This document shows positions 19,257-29,684 of a DNA stretch of 64,000 bases, in pieces. A model generated the notes under the pieces. It was not told the DNA's origin. It saw only the letters and a program-made list of their open reading frames with translations, and made no database searches. Every line of letters begins with the position of its first letter. The first letter of the stretch is position 1. A program made the translations under genes and the position numbers. Origin of the DNA: an uncultured delta proteobacterium (lineage in GTDB: Bacteria; Desulfobacterota; Binatia; UBA9968); contig CAVSHR010000004.1 of NCBI GenBank assembly GCA_963727625.1, positions 544,001 through 608,000 of the forward strand, written 5' to 3'.

Positions 19257-19853
19257 GAAAAAAAGCAACACTGAAGCGATTACGCTGGATCGAGCGTTAA
19301 TTGGAAAACTCGGCGATGGCCACTTCGAGCCCGCTCACGCATGATGTGGGATCTGGAGCATTGTCTCCCGGGCCCTGGTATCCAGGAAGCCCCCCCTTGG
19401 AGTACCTAAAACCGAAACAAACCCAAAGCTCTATCGTTGTAAAGAGCGCCCCATGCGTCAAACTGATAGACAAATCTTGCTATCAGTTCACTCGGCTCTG
19501 AGGCTGCTGGGGAGCGCTCCCCCTGATCCAGCGACTCCAGCCTTCGCTAGCTTCTGGTCGGAAAAAGAGAATCCACACCACTACGCCGCATTGCCATTTC
19601 AATCAACTAAGACGGCTAAATAAGTGGACTAATCTGATGCGCAACCAGGACGATTAATCAATTAGAATTAAGCACATCCAAAACTTGCGATAAATGAGCT
19701 AAGCACATGATATTCAACAACAAAAATAATCACATCTTGACTCCGTTATAATTTTCCGTTATATATACGGGGGTTAGGTGGTTCTGGCAGCAAATCACCA
19801 GGGCCCGAGTCAAAAGTCGGTAGTCTAAATTTCGGCAGGATCGCAAATAGCGA

Positions 19854-20876
19854 ATGGCCATTTATACGACACTCTCCAAGAAAGACATATCCAAGATCGT
19901 CGACGAATTCGGTCTCGGCGATCTCACCTCATTCACCGGCATAAAAAACGGCTCGGTGAATACACATTATCTTATTGAAACAAAGCGCGGCAAATACTTC
20001 GCCAAAATCGATGAGGTCAAAAGTGAAGTTGAAGTGAAGCAAGAGTTGGATCTTTTGTTGCACCTACGCAAGCAAAACTTCCCATGCCTCCAACCGCTCA
20101 AGACCAGGAGCGGGCGTTTTCACCTCGAGTTTCAAGGAAAATGTCTCACGGTCAGCCGCTATGTGGAGGGTCTCGATCTGCCCGTGGGAGCGATAACGCC
20201 GATCCATTTAGGCGCCCTGGGCCACGCTTTGGCGAATCTTCATTTAATCGGTCGCAGCTATAAGAAAGGCATCGACAATCGCTTTGGATTCAATCGCATC
20301 GTTGCGATTTATCGCGAAGTGCGTCGACAGCTCCCCTCCCACCTTAAAAATATTGTGAGGGTACTGGATGACGAGTTTACCTATCTCGAGAATTATCTCG
20401 ATAATAATTTGCCCAAAGGGATAATTCACGGCGACTTGTTTCCCGACAACGTGAAGTTTAAGGGCAACCGATTGACGGGTATCATGGACTTCGAGGCGGC
20501 TTGCCGCGGCAAACTCATTTACGACCTCGCCACCGCCGTCAATGCGCTATGCTTCATCGAAGACCGCTATCGCATCGACCGTTTCGAGGCATTGATCTCA
20601 GGTTATGAGGGCCTGCGCCCGCTATCTTTGCCGGAATGGGACTCCTTTCCCAACGAACTGCGTTTTTCCGCATTGCGCTTTACCGTAACCCGTATCAAGG
20701 ATTTTTACCTTCGTAGCGTGAATGAGAACCAGCGCGTATACAAAGACTTCAAAGAATTTTACGATCGGCTGCTAATTTTGCGGCGGGAAAAGAGCGGCGG
20801 AATGGAAGACATCTTACTGGCCATGGCAACCGGTTACGATTATCGCAAGTACCAAAAATCAAAGCCCTCCAAATAG
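19854..20876 (+). CDS. thrB: Homoserine kinase type II (APH fold)
   Basis: MAIYT, GSVNTHY, GIIHGDLFPDN, MDFEAAC, YDLA. Confidence 0.88.
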   Translation: MAIYTTLSKKDISKIVDEFGLGDLTSFTGIKNGSVNTHYLIETKRGKYFAKIDEVKSEVEVKQELDLLLHLRKQNFPCLQPLKTRSGRFHLEFQGKCLTVSRYVEGLDLPVGAITPIHLGALGHALANLHLIGRSYKKGIDNRFGFNRIVAIYREVRRQLPSHLKNIVRVLDDEFTYLENYLDNNLPKGIIHGDLFPDNVKFKGNRLTGIMDFEAACRGKLIYDLATAVNALCFIEDRYRIDRFEALISGYEGLRPLSLPEWDSFPNELRFSALRFTVTRIKDFYLRSVNENQRVYKDFKEFYDRLLILRREKSGGMEDILLAMATGYDYRKYQKSKPSK

Positions 20877-20892
20877 TCCCGCAACAAGTTTA

Positions 20893-21321
20893 TTAGCCGG
20901 TATGTTCTTGCGGCTCGGTCAGCCGCTTGATTTTCAATTTTGTGTCGCGCCGAATGAGACGAACCAACGCCATTAAAGTCACGACCGCACCGGCGAAAAA
21001 CAGCATTCTGCCACCGGTCAAAACGACGTAAAAGAAATTGAGCTTGACCCGCGCTCCGTTATATTTTTCGCGGTCTTCATTGATGCGACGAAGCACCTCT
21101 TCATTTTTCTGATGATCGAGCTCTTGAAAGCTCCGATAACTCTCTTCCAGGCCGGTTCGCGCAGTTTTATATAAGAGAGCTTGATACTTGGAGGTTTCCA
21201 CCGCCCCCACCACCCAATTGCCGATCCCCATGATTAGACAGACCAAACCTGTAACCAACAGATAACTGGAATAAATTTCCCGCAGCTTCATGATGATTCG
21301 ATCGACAAACCGTTCCGACAA
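20893..21321 (-). CDS. Hypothetical two-TM membrane protein (start uncertain, possibly 21291)
   Basis: Two hydrophobic helices around a charged loop; fills the gap between convergent and divergent neighbours. Confidence 0.65.
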   Translation of the reverse strand: MSERFVDRIIMKLREIYSSYLLVTGLVCLIMGIGNWVVGAVETSKYQALLYKTARTGLEESYRSFQELDHQKNEEVLRRINEDREKYNGARVKLNFFYVVLTGGRMLFFAGAVVTLMALVRLIRRDTKLKIKRLTEPQEHTG

Positions 21322-21409
21322 TCAAATAATAACGAGCTTGAAAAAATATTGCTAGCCCAAGCCCCAATCATTTGCACCGGATGGGGGAGTCGCTTAGTAT
21401 TCCTTATAA

Positions 21410-22135
21410 ATGGGCCGTTATGTAATCGGCGATATACATGGCTGCGCTGATGAGCTCCGTCGGCTTGTCGAGGCATTGCCCCTGACCCGCGGTGATCAGC
21501 TGGTTTTTCTCGGCGACTATGTCGACCGGGGCCCGGATTCAAACGCAGTCGTCTCCTATTTGATTTCGCTTCAGGGGCTTGCCAATCAAGTCGAAGTGGT
21601 GTTTCTGCGCGGCAATCACGAGGATATGTTTCTCTCCTATCTCGGAATTGGCGGCCATCACGGCGACATGTTTTTGATCAACGGCGGTAAAGCAACGCTG
21701 GAGAGCTATGGCCTGGGACCGGATGATTTAAGCGCCGAAAAGGCGCTCTCGGTGATTCCGGCCGAACAATTGAACTTTTTTGGAGAACTCCAAAATTACT
21801 ATTTGATGGATTCGTTTTTATGCGTACACGCGGGCATACACCCGGAGAAGCCGCTTGCGGAACAGAGCGACGAAGAGCTGCTGTGGATCCGCAGCACGTT
21901 CATCTACCAATCTCACAGCCTGCCGTACACGGTTCTCTTCGGGCATACGCCCCAACCCACCGTGCTCTATGATTTACCCTATAAAGTCGGGTTGGACACT
22001 GGGCTGGTTTACGGTAACATGTTGACTTGTCTCGAGGTAGATGAAAAAGTTCTGTTTCAGATTAGCCGAGGAAGAAAGCGCGTTAGCCGGACTTCCGTGC
22101 AGTCCAAGTGGGACCTGGCCTCCAATTTCACTTGA
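21410..22135 (+). CDS. Metallophosphoesterase (PPP-like Ser/Thr phosphatase family)
   Basis: GDIHG, GDYVDRG, LRGNHE, HAG, FGHT, DTG. Confidence 0.93.
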   Translation: MGRYVIGDIHGCADELRRLVEALPLTRGDQLVFLGDYVDRGPDSNAVVSYLISLQGLANQVEVVFLRGNHEDMFLSYLGIGGHHGDMFLINGGKATLESYGLGPDDLSAEKALSVIPAEQLNFFGELQNYYLMDSFLCVHAGIHPEKPLAEQSDEELLWIRSTFIYQSHSLPYTVLFGHTPQPTVLYDLPYKVGLDTGLVYGNMLTCLEVDEKVLFQISRGRKRVSRTSVQSKWDLASNFT

Positions 22136-22139
22136 CTGC

Positions 22140-22168
22140 TTGACCTTTTTCCTACCCCATCATAGTTT
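22140..22168 (+). promoter_or_regulatory. Putative sigma70 promoter of tRNA-Met
   Basis: TTGACC-N17-TAGTTT, 11 nt before the tRNA. Confidence 0.55.
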
Positions 22169-22179
22169 AGCTTTTCCAT

Positions 22180-22256
22180 GGCGGTGTAGCTCAGTTGGTC
22201 AGAGCACGCGGCTCATATCCGCGGCGTCGGCGGTTCGACTCCGCCCACCGCCACCA
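22180..22256 (+). tRNA. tRNA-Met (CAT), elongator type
   Basis: GGCGGTG/CACCGCC acceptor with paired 1:72, CGCGG-CTCATAT-CCGCG anticodon arm, GGTTCGACT, CCA. Confidence 0.95.
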
Positions 22257-22299
22257 TTCGTTCCAAACCCGGCTTGCACCAACGCGTGGAACGCCGCTG

Positions 22300-23022
22300 C
22301 TAAAATTTTTCCGTCCATGCCGCGCTGCTGTAGCGCTCGCGGACCAGCGCATGGATTCGCGCCAAGGGAGTTTCACACATGACATCGTGTGCATTCCAAG
22401 CATAGCGCAAACCGGCGCATAATCTCGCCGCATCGATGTTCAAATTGGTAATGAATTCAAGATGAGATCGGTTACGACGATAATCCGGCTGCTTGGACGG
22501 CATCAGCAGACAGTGCGCAATCAAGCGAAGATCGAAACTTAGCAAAAACGTACCGTGTACCAGCACACAAGTGGATTTTCGGTACTGGGCGTTGCCCGAG
22601 AACTTGCGGTCGGCCAAGGTCAGATCGCTGACTCCGTTAATCCGCGCTTGCGCACCGCACAACCCCTTGAACAAGCGGCCATGGCGCCGCAACACAAAGT
22701 TAAATGCCGCGCTGATATTTCTTAGACGGCGGTCACGACTGCCGAGAATTAATGAATAGTTGAGGATTCCCGGCCCTTGTAATATAGCTCCGCCGCCGCT
22801 GATGCGCCGCAAAATTGGGATGCGATTTTTCTTGCAGGCTTCGAGGTTGACTTCAGAGCGCAGACGATTAGCGTGACCGAGCACGACGAAATAACCCTTC
22901 GGCTGCCAAACTCGCAAACAGCCGCCAGGCAATTGCTCGCGTTCGAACAACTCCAACAAAGCTTCGTCGCAGGCGAGATTCGCTGAAGGATCGGCGAAAG
23001 TTAGATCAAGGTATTTCATCAA
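22300..23022 (-). CDS. Lipoate-protein ligase A family
   Basis: NLACDEALL, RRISGGG, RKFSGNAQ, HGT; divergent from the PDH operon. Confidence 0.88.
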   Translation of the reverse strand: MMKYLDLTFADPSANLACDEALLELFEREQLPGGCLRVWQPKGYFVVLGHANRLRSEVNLEACKKNRIPILRRISGGGAILQGPGILNYSLILGSRDRRLRNISAAFNFVLRRHGRLFKGLCGAQARINGVSDLTLADRKFSGNAQYRKSTCVLVHGTFLLSFDLRLIAHCLLMPSKQPDYRRNRSHLEFITNLNIDAARLCAGLRYAWNAHDVMCETPLARIHALVRERYSSAAWTEKF

Positions 23023-23079
23023 ATTCAGTTGATTTTAATCATTTTTTGTTGTCTGTTAAAATGACGGAGACGGGGCTGA

Positions 23080-25803
23080 ATGGACTTAGAAAAAAAACTA
23101 ACAAGCGGCGCACCGACGACAGCGGTTAGCGACCTTGAGAATGGCAGAGGGATTAAGAATGATCGCCATAAATGGGTGTCGTCGCTTGAAGACCTCCTAC
23201 AATATATTTTCAAAAACGAGCAATCGGAGCAGGCCTCGTTGCTGCTCGAAGAGCTCAACGATCGGCTGCGCGACTCGGGGCTGAAAATTCCGCACCGGGT
23301 CAGTACGCCTTACATTAATACCATCCCCGCGGAAAAAGAGCCGCCCTACCCGGGAAATCGGGAGATCGAGCGACGGATCAAGAGTTATGTGCGTTGGAAC
23401 GCCATGGCGATGGTGGTCAAGGCCAACCGCCTTCATGCCGATATCGGCGGTCATATCTCGACCTACGCTTCGTCTGCAACGCTATACGAAGTGGGCTTTA
23501 ATCATTTTTTCCGCGGCGGCGACGGTGATCGATACGGCGACATGGTCTATTTCCAAGGCCATGCCTCGCCGGGCATTTACTCTCGCGCTTACGTGGAGTG
23601 GCGCATCAATGCCCCCAAACTGCATCACTTTCGCCAGGAGCTTTCGTCGGGGGGCGGCGTCTCCTCCTATCCGCATCCGTATTTGATGCCGGACTTTTGG
23701 CAGTTTCCGTCGGTGTCCATGGGCCTGGCGCCGATCATGTCGATTTACCAGGCGCGCTTTGTACGTTATCTCAAGAGCCGGGGCTTGTTGACCGCCGCAG
23801 AGCCTCGCGTCTGGTGTTTCGCCGGCGACGGTGAAATGGACGAGCCCGAATCCACCGGCGCGTTGACGCTTGCGGCACGGGAAAATCTCGACAACCTGGT
23901 TTGGGTCGTCAACTGCAATTTGCAACGGCTCGACGGTCCGGTGCGCGGCAACGGTAAAATTATTCAAGAACTCGAAGCGCTGTTCCGCGGCGCGGGATGG
24001 AACGTCATCAAAGTGATTTGGGGCTCGGATTGGGATTCTTTGCTCGCCGCCGACAACCAAGGCCTATTACTTAAACGAATGGAAGAAGCCGTCGACGGCG
24101 AGTATCAGAAATACTCTGTCGAGCCCGGCAGCTACACGCGCAAAAATTTCTTTGGTAAATACCCAGAGCTTTTGGAGATGGTCAATCACCTAACCGACGA
24201 TCAAATTCGTAAGCTCTTGCGCGGCGGCCATGATCCGAAAAAAGTCTACGCGGCGTACAAAACCGCGATCGAGCACAAAGGTGGACCGACCGTCATCCTG
24301 GCAAAAACCGTCAAAGGGTACGGTCTAGGCGAAGCCGGCGAGGGCAGAAATATCACGCACCAGCAGAAGAAACTGAACGAGCGGGAGCTGCGCGAGTTTC
24401 GCAGCCGCTTCGACATTCCGCTCCCCGACGAGGAAGTCGTCGAGACGCCCTTCTATAGGCCGCCGCTGGACAGCCCTGAAACGGAGTATTTACTCGCACG
24501 GCGCAAACAGCTCGGCGGTTTCATTCCGCAGCGCAGGGTTAACGCCAAGCCGTTTAAGCTCCCCGATGCCGGCGAATACGCCGAACTTCTCAAAGGCTCG
24601 GGCGAGCACAGTACGTCAACGACGATGGCGGCGGTTCGGCTGCTGTCGAAGTTATTGCGCCACGAAGAAATTGGCAAGCTGATCGTGCCGATCATTCCCG
24701 ACGAAGCGCGCACGTTTGGCATGGACTCGCTGTTTCGCCAAATCGGTATTTACTCGCCAAAGGGCCAGCTTTACGAGCCCGTCGACCGGGAAACACTGCT
24801 TTATTACAACGAGACGAAGGACGGTCAGATCCTCGAGGAAGGCATCACCGAGGCCGGCTCAATGTCGTCGTTTATTGCCGCGGGCACCGCGTACGCCAAC
24901 CTGGGACTCAACCTGATTCCGTTCTACTTCTACTACTCCATGTTCGGCTTTCAACGCATCGGCGATCTCATCTGGGCGGCAGCAGACAGCAAGGCGAAAG
25001 GCTTTCTGCTTGGAGCCACGGCCGGTCGCACCACGCTTAACGGCGAGGGTTTGCAGCACCAGGACGGCCACAGCCATTTGTTAGCCAGCACGGTTCCGAC
25101 CTTGCTTACCTACGATGCCGCGTTTGGCTATGAGATCGCGGTCATTATCAAGGACGGCTTGCGCCGTCTTTACGCGGAAGGGGAGGAGTACTTTTACTAC
25201 CTGACGCTTTACAATGAGAGCTATCCGATGCCGGAAATACCGAACGGCGTTGAGGATGGTATCCTCAAAGGGTTGTATAAATTGGCCCCGGCAACCAAAG
25301 GGAAGAAATTCAAAGCGCATATTTTTGGCAGCGGCCCGCTGCTGCGCGAAGGCCTACGAGCGCAGAAAATTCTCGCCGAGCAATTTGATATTGCCGCAGA
25401 TGTTTGGAGCGTCACCAGTTACAAGCTTTTGCGCGGCGACGCGCTGCGGACGAAACGCTGGAACATGCTTCATCCGACCGCAGCGCCGAAGAAATCCTAT
25501 CTGGAAGCGCTGCTGCAGGATGAGGAAGGTCCGTTTATCGCGGTGTCCGATTTCATGAAAATGGTTCCGGATCAAATCGCGCCTTGGGTGCCCGGCGGAC
25601 TAATGACCCTCGGTACCGATGGCTTCGGCCGTAGCGACACCCGGCAAAACCTCCGAAGATTCTTCGAAGTCGACGCGGAGCTCACTGCCGTGGCGACGCT
25701 TTATGCACTCTATCAGAAGGGGTCTTTGCCGGCGCAGACGGTCGAAGACGCGATAAAAAAACTCGGCATAGATCCGGAAAAAGCCTACCCGTTTTATCTC
25801 TGA
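23080..25803 (+). CDS. aceE: Pyruvate dehydrogenase E1, homodimeric type
   Basis: GGHISTYAS, QGHASPG, GDGEMDEPE, GEGLQHQDG, GTDGFGRSD. Confidence 0.97.
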   Translation: MDLEKKLTSGAPTTAVSDLENGRGIKNDRHKWVSSLEDLLQYIFKNEQSEQASLLLEELNDRLRDSGLKIPHRVSTPYINTIPAEKEPPYPGNREIERRIKSYVRWNAMAMVVKANRLHADIGGHISTYASSATLYEVGFNHFFRGGDGDRYGDMVYFQGHASPGIYSRAYVEWRINAPKLHHFRQELSSGGGVSSYPHPYLMPDFWQFPSVSMGLAPIMSIYQARFVRYLKSRGLLTAAEPRVWCFAGDGEMDEPESTGALTLAARENLDNLVWVVNCNLQRLDGPVRGNGKIIQELEALFRGAGWNVIKVIWGSDWDSLLAADNQGLLLKRMEEAVDGEYQKYSVEPGSYTRKNFFGKYPELLEMVNHLTDDQIRKLLRGGHDPKKVYAAYKTAIEHKGGPTVILAKTVKGYGLGEAGEGRNITHQQKKLNERELREFRSRFDIPLPDEEVVETPFYRPPLDSPETEYLLARRKQLGGFIPQRRVNAKPFKLPDAGEYAELLKGSGEHSTSTTMAAVRLLSKLLRHEEIGKLIVPIIPDEARTFGMDSLFRQIGIYSPKGQLYEPVDRETLLYYNETKDGQILEEGITEAGSMSSFIAAGTAYANLGLNLIPFYFYYSMFGFQRIGDLIWAAADSKAKGFLLGATAGRTTLNGEGLQHQDGHSHLLASTVPTLLTYDAAFGYEIAVIIKDGLRRLYAEGEEYFYYLTLYNESYPMPEIPNGVEDGILKGLYKLAPATKGKKFKAHIFGSGPLLREGLRAQKILAEQFDIAADVWSVTSYKLLRGDALRTKRWNMLHPTAAPKKSYLEALLQDEEGPFIAVSDFMKMVPDQIAPWVPGGLMTLGTDGFGRSDTRQNLRRFFEVDAELTAVATLYALYQKGSLPAQTVEDAIKKLGIDPEKAYPFYL

Positions 25804-25833
25804 TCACGCAAAGGACATCGGCATAAACTTCTC

Positions 25834-27138
25834 ATGGACGTCAAACTTCCCCAGCTTGCCGAAGGTGTAGAATCCGGCACAGTCGTCAACGTTCTGGTCG
25901 CCGAAGGCCAGGAGATTACGACCGACCAGGCCATCATGGAACTAGAAACCCAGAAGGCGGTCGGCTCAATTCCCGCCCCCAGCTCCGGCGTGGTTACAAA
26001 AATTCATGTCAAGCAAGGTATGGAAGTGACCGTCGGCCAGGTTCTTATCTCTCTCGATCCGAGCGGTGATGCCGCGGCAAGATCTCCAGCCGGCGCCGCA
26101 CCGAGCGTGCCGCCACCGCCTGACAAAGATGCCCCGACATCGCAAACTCGAGGTGCGCAGGCAACACCGCAAGCCGCACCCATGGATTACCGTTACGAGT
26201 CGAAGAGCGGCGTGTCACCTCCAGCCCCGCCGTCGATTCGCAAGATCGCGCGCGATTTGGGCATCGATCTCAACCGAGTCAAAGGCAGCCAAGCCGGCGG
26301 TAGAATCACTGTGACGGATCTGCGCGACTACGTTCAACGACTCCAACAAATCGCGTTCCAGGGCGCTGGCGCGGAGGCGCCTGCTGCCACACCGGCGGCA
26401 AGACCCGGCCAAGCCATCGATTTCAGCAAATGGGGACCGATACGGCGTGAAAAGATGTCACCGCTCAGACGAACGGTGAGCCGCCGCATGGTCGAATCAT
26501 GGACCACGATTCCGAAAATCAACCAATTTGCCGAAGCGGACATCACCGCGCTCCTGACCCTGCGCAAGAAATACGCCGCCAGCTTCGAGAAGAAAGACGC
26601 GCATCTGACGTTGACGTCGTTTCTGCTTCTGGTGGTCGGCCGCGTGCTGAAAAAATTTCCGCGCGCCAACGCGAGCATCGACGAAGCCGCTTTGGAAATT
26701 GTCTTTAAAGATTACTGCCATATCGGCATCGCCGTCGATACCGAAGGGGGTTTGATCGTCCCGGTGCTGCGCGACGTCGACAAGAAAAACATGTTGCAGA
26801 TTTCCACCGAGCTTCACGACTTCACCGAGAAAACTCGTCAACGAAAAATCGCCATCGAGGAACTCCAAGGCGGTACCTTTACGATCTCCAACCAAGGTAG
26901 CATCGGCGGCGGCTATTTTACTCCAATCATCTACGCGCCGCAGGTCGCTATTTTGGGCATCGGTCAAGGCCAAGCGAAGCCCGTGGCTGTTGACGGTAAG
27001 ATCGCCATCCGAACGATTTTGCCGCTGTGCCTGGCCTACGATCATCGCGTCCTGGACGGCGCCGATTCGGTGCGCTTCTTGAAAGAAGTCATAGCCGCTC
27101 TGGAGTCCTTTGATGAAAGGGACCTAAAGCTCAAGTAA
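25834..27138 (+). CDS. aceF: Dihydrolipoamide acetyltransferase E2, single lipoyl domain
   Basis: ETQKA lipoyl Lys, subunit-binding domain, YDHRVLDG. Confidence 0.93.
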   Translation: MDVKLPQLAEGVESGTVVNVLVAEGQEITTDQAIMELETQKAVGSIPAPSSGVVTKIHVKQGMEVTVGQVLISLDPSGDAAARSPAGAAPSVPPPPDKDAPTSQTRGAQATPQAAPMDYRYESKSGVSPPAPPSIRKIARDLGIDLNRVKGSQAGGRITVTDLRDYVQRLQQIAFQGAGAEAPAATPAARPGQAIDFSKWGPIRREKMSPLRRTVSRRMVESWTTIPKINQFAEADITALLTLRKKYAASFEKKDAHLTLTSFLLLVVGRVLKKFPRANASIDEAALEIVFKDYCHIGIAVDTEGGLIVPVLRDVDKKNMLQISTELHDFTEKTRQRKIAIEELQGGTFTISNQGSIGGGYFTPIIYAPQVAILGIGQGQAKPVAVDGKIAIRTILPLCLAYDHRVLDGADSVRFLKEVIAALESFDERDLKLK

Positions 27139-27150
27139 AAATTTATCTCT

Positions 27151-28566
27151 ATGGAACCTCTAACCACTGACATTCTCGTCCTAGGCGCCGGCCCCGGCGG
27201 TTATACCGCAGCCTTTTACGCCGCCGACAAAGGCAAAAAAGTAACCTTGGTCGAGCAAAATCCGCGTCTGGGCGGCATTTGCCTCAACGTCGGCTGCATC
27301 CCGTCCAAAGCGTTGCTTCATGCCACCGAAATCATCCGCGAAGTGAAAGACTCGGCGCATCGCGGCATCGAATTCGGAAAGCCCACCGTCGATCTCGACA
27401 AGCTGCGCGCATGGAAAGACTCTATCCTCGACAAGCTCGGACAGGGAATCAAGACCCTGGCACAGCAGCGAAAAGTTAACGTGGTTCACGGCCGCGGTCA
27501 CTTTGAAGATTCGCAAACCCTGAGGGTCGAAACCGCCGAAGGTCAGAAATTCATCCGCTATGAAAAGGCGATCATCGCGGTGGGCTCGAAGCCGACCATG
27601 CCGAGCGCCTTTGACCTCGGCAACAAGCGAATTATGACTTCCACCGAAGCTTTGGAGCTGCCCGACGTTCCGCGAGACCTGCTGGTGGTGGGCGGCGGAT
27701 ATATCGGCATGGAGCTCGGTACAGTCTATGCCGCTCTCGGCAGTAACGTCGTCGTGCTCGAGGCGCTGCCGTCGATCCTGACCGGCATCGATGACGACCT
27801 AGCGCGGCCGCTGACTCGTGCGGCGCAAAAGGCCTTCAAAGAAATCCGTGTAAACACCAAAGTCGTCAAGATGGCGACGGCCGGCAAACAAATAAAAGTC
27901 ACGATGGAGATAAACAAACAGCAACACGAAGCGCTCTACGACCGCGTTTTAGTAAGCATCGGCCGCACGCCGAATTACAACGACCTCGGTCTCGAAAACA
28001 CCAAGGTCACCAAGGACGACAAAGGCTTCATCCACTGCAACGCGCAACAGCAAACCGCCGATGCGCATATCTATGCCATCGGCGATGTCAACGGTGGCGC
28101 GCTGCTCGCCCATCGGGCGACCAAGGAAGGGAGAATCGCCGTCGAAGCGATGCTCGGCGAGGCCAGTGCCTTCGAAAACATCGTTATTCCCGCGGTGGTC
28201 TACACCGACCCCGAAGTAGCCTGGTGCGGCCTCACCGAAAGCGAAGCCAAGTCAAAAAACATCGAAGTTAAAATAGCCAAATTTTTGTGGGGCGCATCGG
28301 GCCGTGCGCTCACTCTGGATCGTCCCGATGGTTTGACGAAACTCATCATCGAGCCTGAAACCGAGCGTATTCTCGGCGTAGGCATCGCCGGCGCTGGCGC
28401 CGGCGAATTGATCGCCGAGGGCGTACTCGCCGTCGAAATGGGCGCCACGGCGCGGGACATCGCCGATTCAGTCCATCCCCATCCGACCCTCTCCGAAACG
28501 CTCATGGAAGCGGCGGAGTCGTTTTACGGTACGGCGACACACACCTTGTCGCGGCGCAATTCTTAG
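27151..28566 (+). CDS. lpdA: Dihydrolipoamide dehydrogenase E3
   Basis: GAGPGG, GGICLNVGCIPSK, HPHPTLSE. Confidence 0.97.
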   Translation: MEPLTTDILVLGAGPGGYTAAFYAADKGKKVTLVEQNPRLGGICLNVGCIPSKALLHATEIIREVKDSAHRGIEFGKPTVDLDKLRAWKDSILDKLGQGIKTLAQQRKVNVVHGRGHFEDSQTLRVETAEGQKFIRYEKAIIAVGSKPTMPSAFDLGNKRIMTSTEALELPDVPRDLLVVGGGYIGMELGTVYAALGSNVVVLEALPSILTGIDDDLARPLTRAAQKAFKEIRVNTKVVKMATAGKQIKVTMEINKQQHEALYDRVLVSIGRTPNYNDLGLENTKVTKDDKGFIHCNAQQQTADAHIYAIGDVNGGALLAHRATKEGRIAVEAMLGEASAFENIVIPAVVYTDPEVAWCGLTESEAKSKNIEVKIAKFLWGASGRALTLDRPDGLTKLIIEPETERILGVGIAGAGAGELIAEGVLAVEMGATARDIADSVHPHPTLSETLMEAAESFYGTATHTLSRRNS

Positions 28567-28598
28567 CGCGCAAGGCGCTCAGTGATCCGGCTTCGTTA

Positions 28599-29486
28599 AT
28601 GACTGGGCAAACTCCCCGCTTGTTTCTGATCGACGGCAGCTCATACATATTCCGCGCCTTTTTTGCGATACCGCCGCTCAATCATTCCACCGGTCTACCG
28701 ACTAACGCGATCTTCGGTTTTACTAATTTCCTGCTCAAGTTTATCAAGCAGTATCAGCCCGAATACCTCGTCGTGGCTTTGGACGCCGGGCGCAAGACTT
28801 TTCGCAACGACATGCTGGCTGAATACAAAGGCAACCGCCCTGAAGCGCCGGCCGACCTGATCCCGCAGTTTCCTTACTTCCGTAAAGTGCTCGATGGACT
28901 CAACGTACCCTTGCTCGAAATGCCGGGGTACGAAGCGGATGACATCATCGCCACGCTATGCGACCGCATGGCCAATAAGGACTGCGATCGGGTTGTGGTT
29001 TCCAGCGACAAGGATCTTATGCAACTCGTCACCGACGGCATCAAACTCCTGGACAGCGCCAAGGACCGATGGATCGGTGCAACCGACGTTCAAGAGAAAT
29101 TCGGTGTCATACCGAACCGAGTCATCGAAGTGATGGGCCTGATGGGCGACGCGGTAGATAATATTCCGGGCGTCAAAGGCATCGGCGAGAAAACCGCCAT
29201 TGCCCTGATTCAGCAATTCGAGACGCTGGAAAAGCTTTACGAACAACTCGACGAAGTCAAGACGATGAAACTGCGCGGCGCGGCGCGCCTGCGAGATCTC
29301 CTCGAAAAAGGCAGAGATATCGCGTTCTTGAGCCGCGCTCTCGCCACGGTTAAACGGGACGTGCCGCTGGACGTTAGGCTCGAACAGCTCAAGTTCACCG
29401 GCTTGGACCGGCAAAAAGCCCGGGTTCTTTTCACCGAATTGGAATTTACCAATATGATCAAATTGCTCGAAAACGGCCGAGTTTAG
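28599..29486 (+). CDS. Stand-alone 5'-3' exonuclease / flap endonuclease (PolA N-terminal-like)
   Basis: LIDGSSYIFRAF, YKGNR, EADDII, DKDLMQL, DNIPGVKGIGEKTA; stops at 295 aa. Confidence 0.9.
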   Translation: MTGQTPRLFLIDGSSYIFRAFFAIPPLNHSTGLPTNAIFGFTNFLLKFIKQYQPEYLVVALDAGRKTFRNDMLAEYKGNRPEAPADLIPQFPYFRKVLDGLNVPLLEMPGYEADDIIATLCDRMANKDCDRVVVSSDKDLMQLVTDGIKLLDSAKDRWIGATDVQEKFGVIPNRVIEVMGLMGDAVDNIPGVKGIGEKTAIALIQQFETLEKLYEQLDEVKTMKLRGAARLRDLLEKGRDIAFLSRALATVKRDVPLDVRLEQLKFTGLDRQKARVLFTELEFTNMIKLLENGRV

Positions 29487-29684
29487 TTCCGTGCCGTCGC
29501 CATTTTGACCTGTTCAAATAGCTCCCTTCATCTCGCACCTTTCCTGTCGATTCGCTCTTGGATTTGACCTGGGAACTGTGGCAGATTGAGCCCTGGTTGG
29601 CCGCGAATCGATGGATCGCGCCGGCGCCGACTAGCGGGTCCCAGCGAAATCTTTCATGCCTAACGCCATTGCGAGGTACCTATT

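Noticed and set aside
19297-19600. Possible gene or ncRNA in the cspA-thrB gap
   Set aside because: Frames are short and interrupted; no SRP, 6S, RNase P or riboswitch motif recognised
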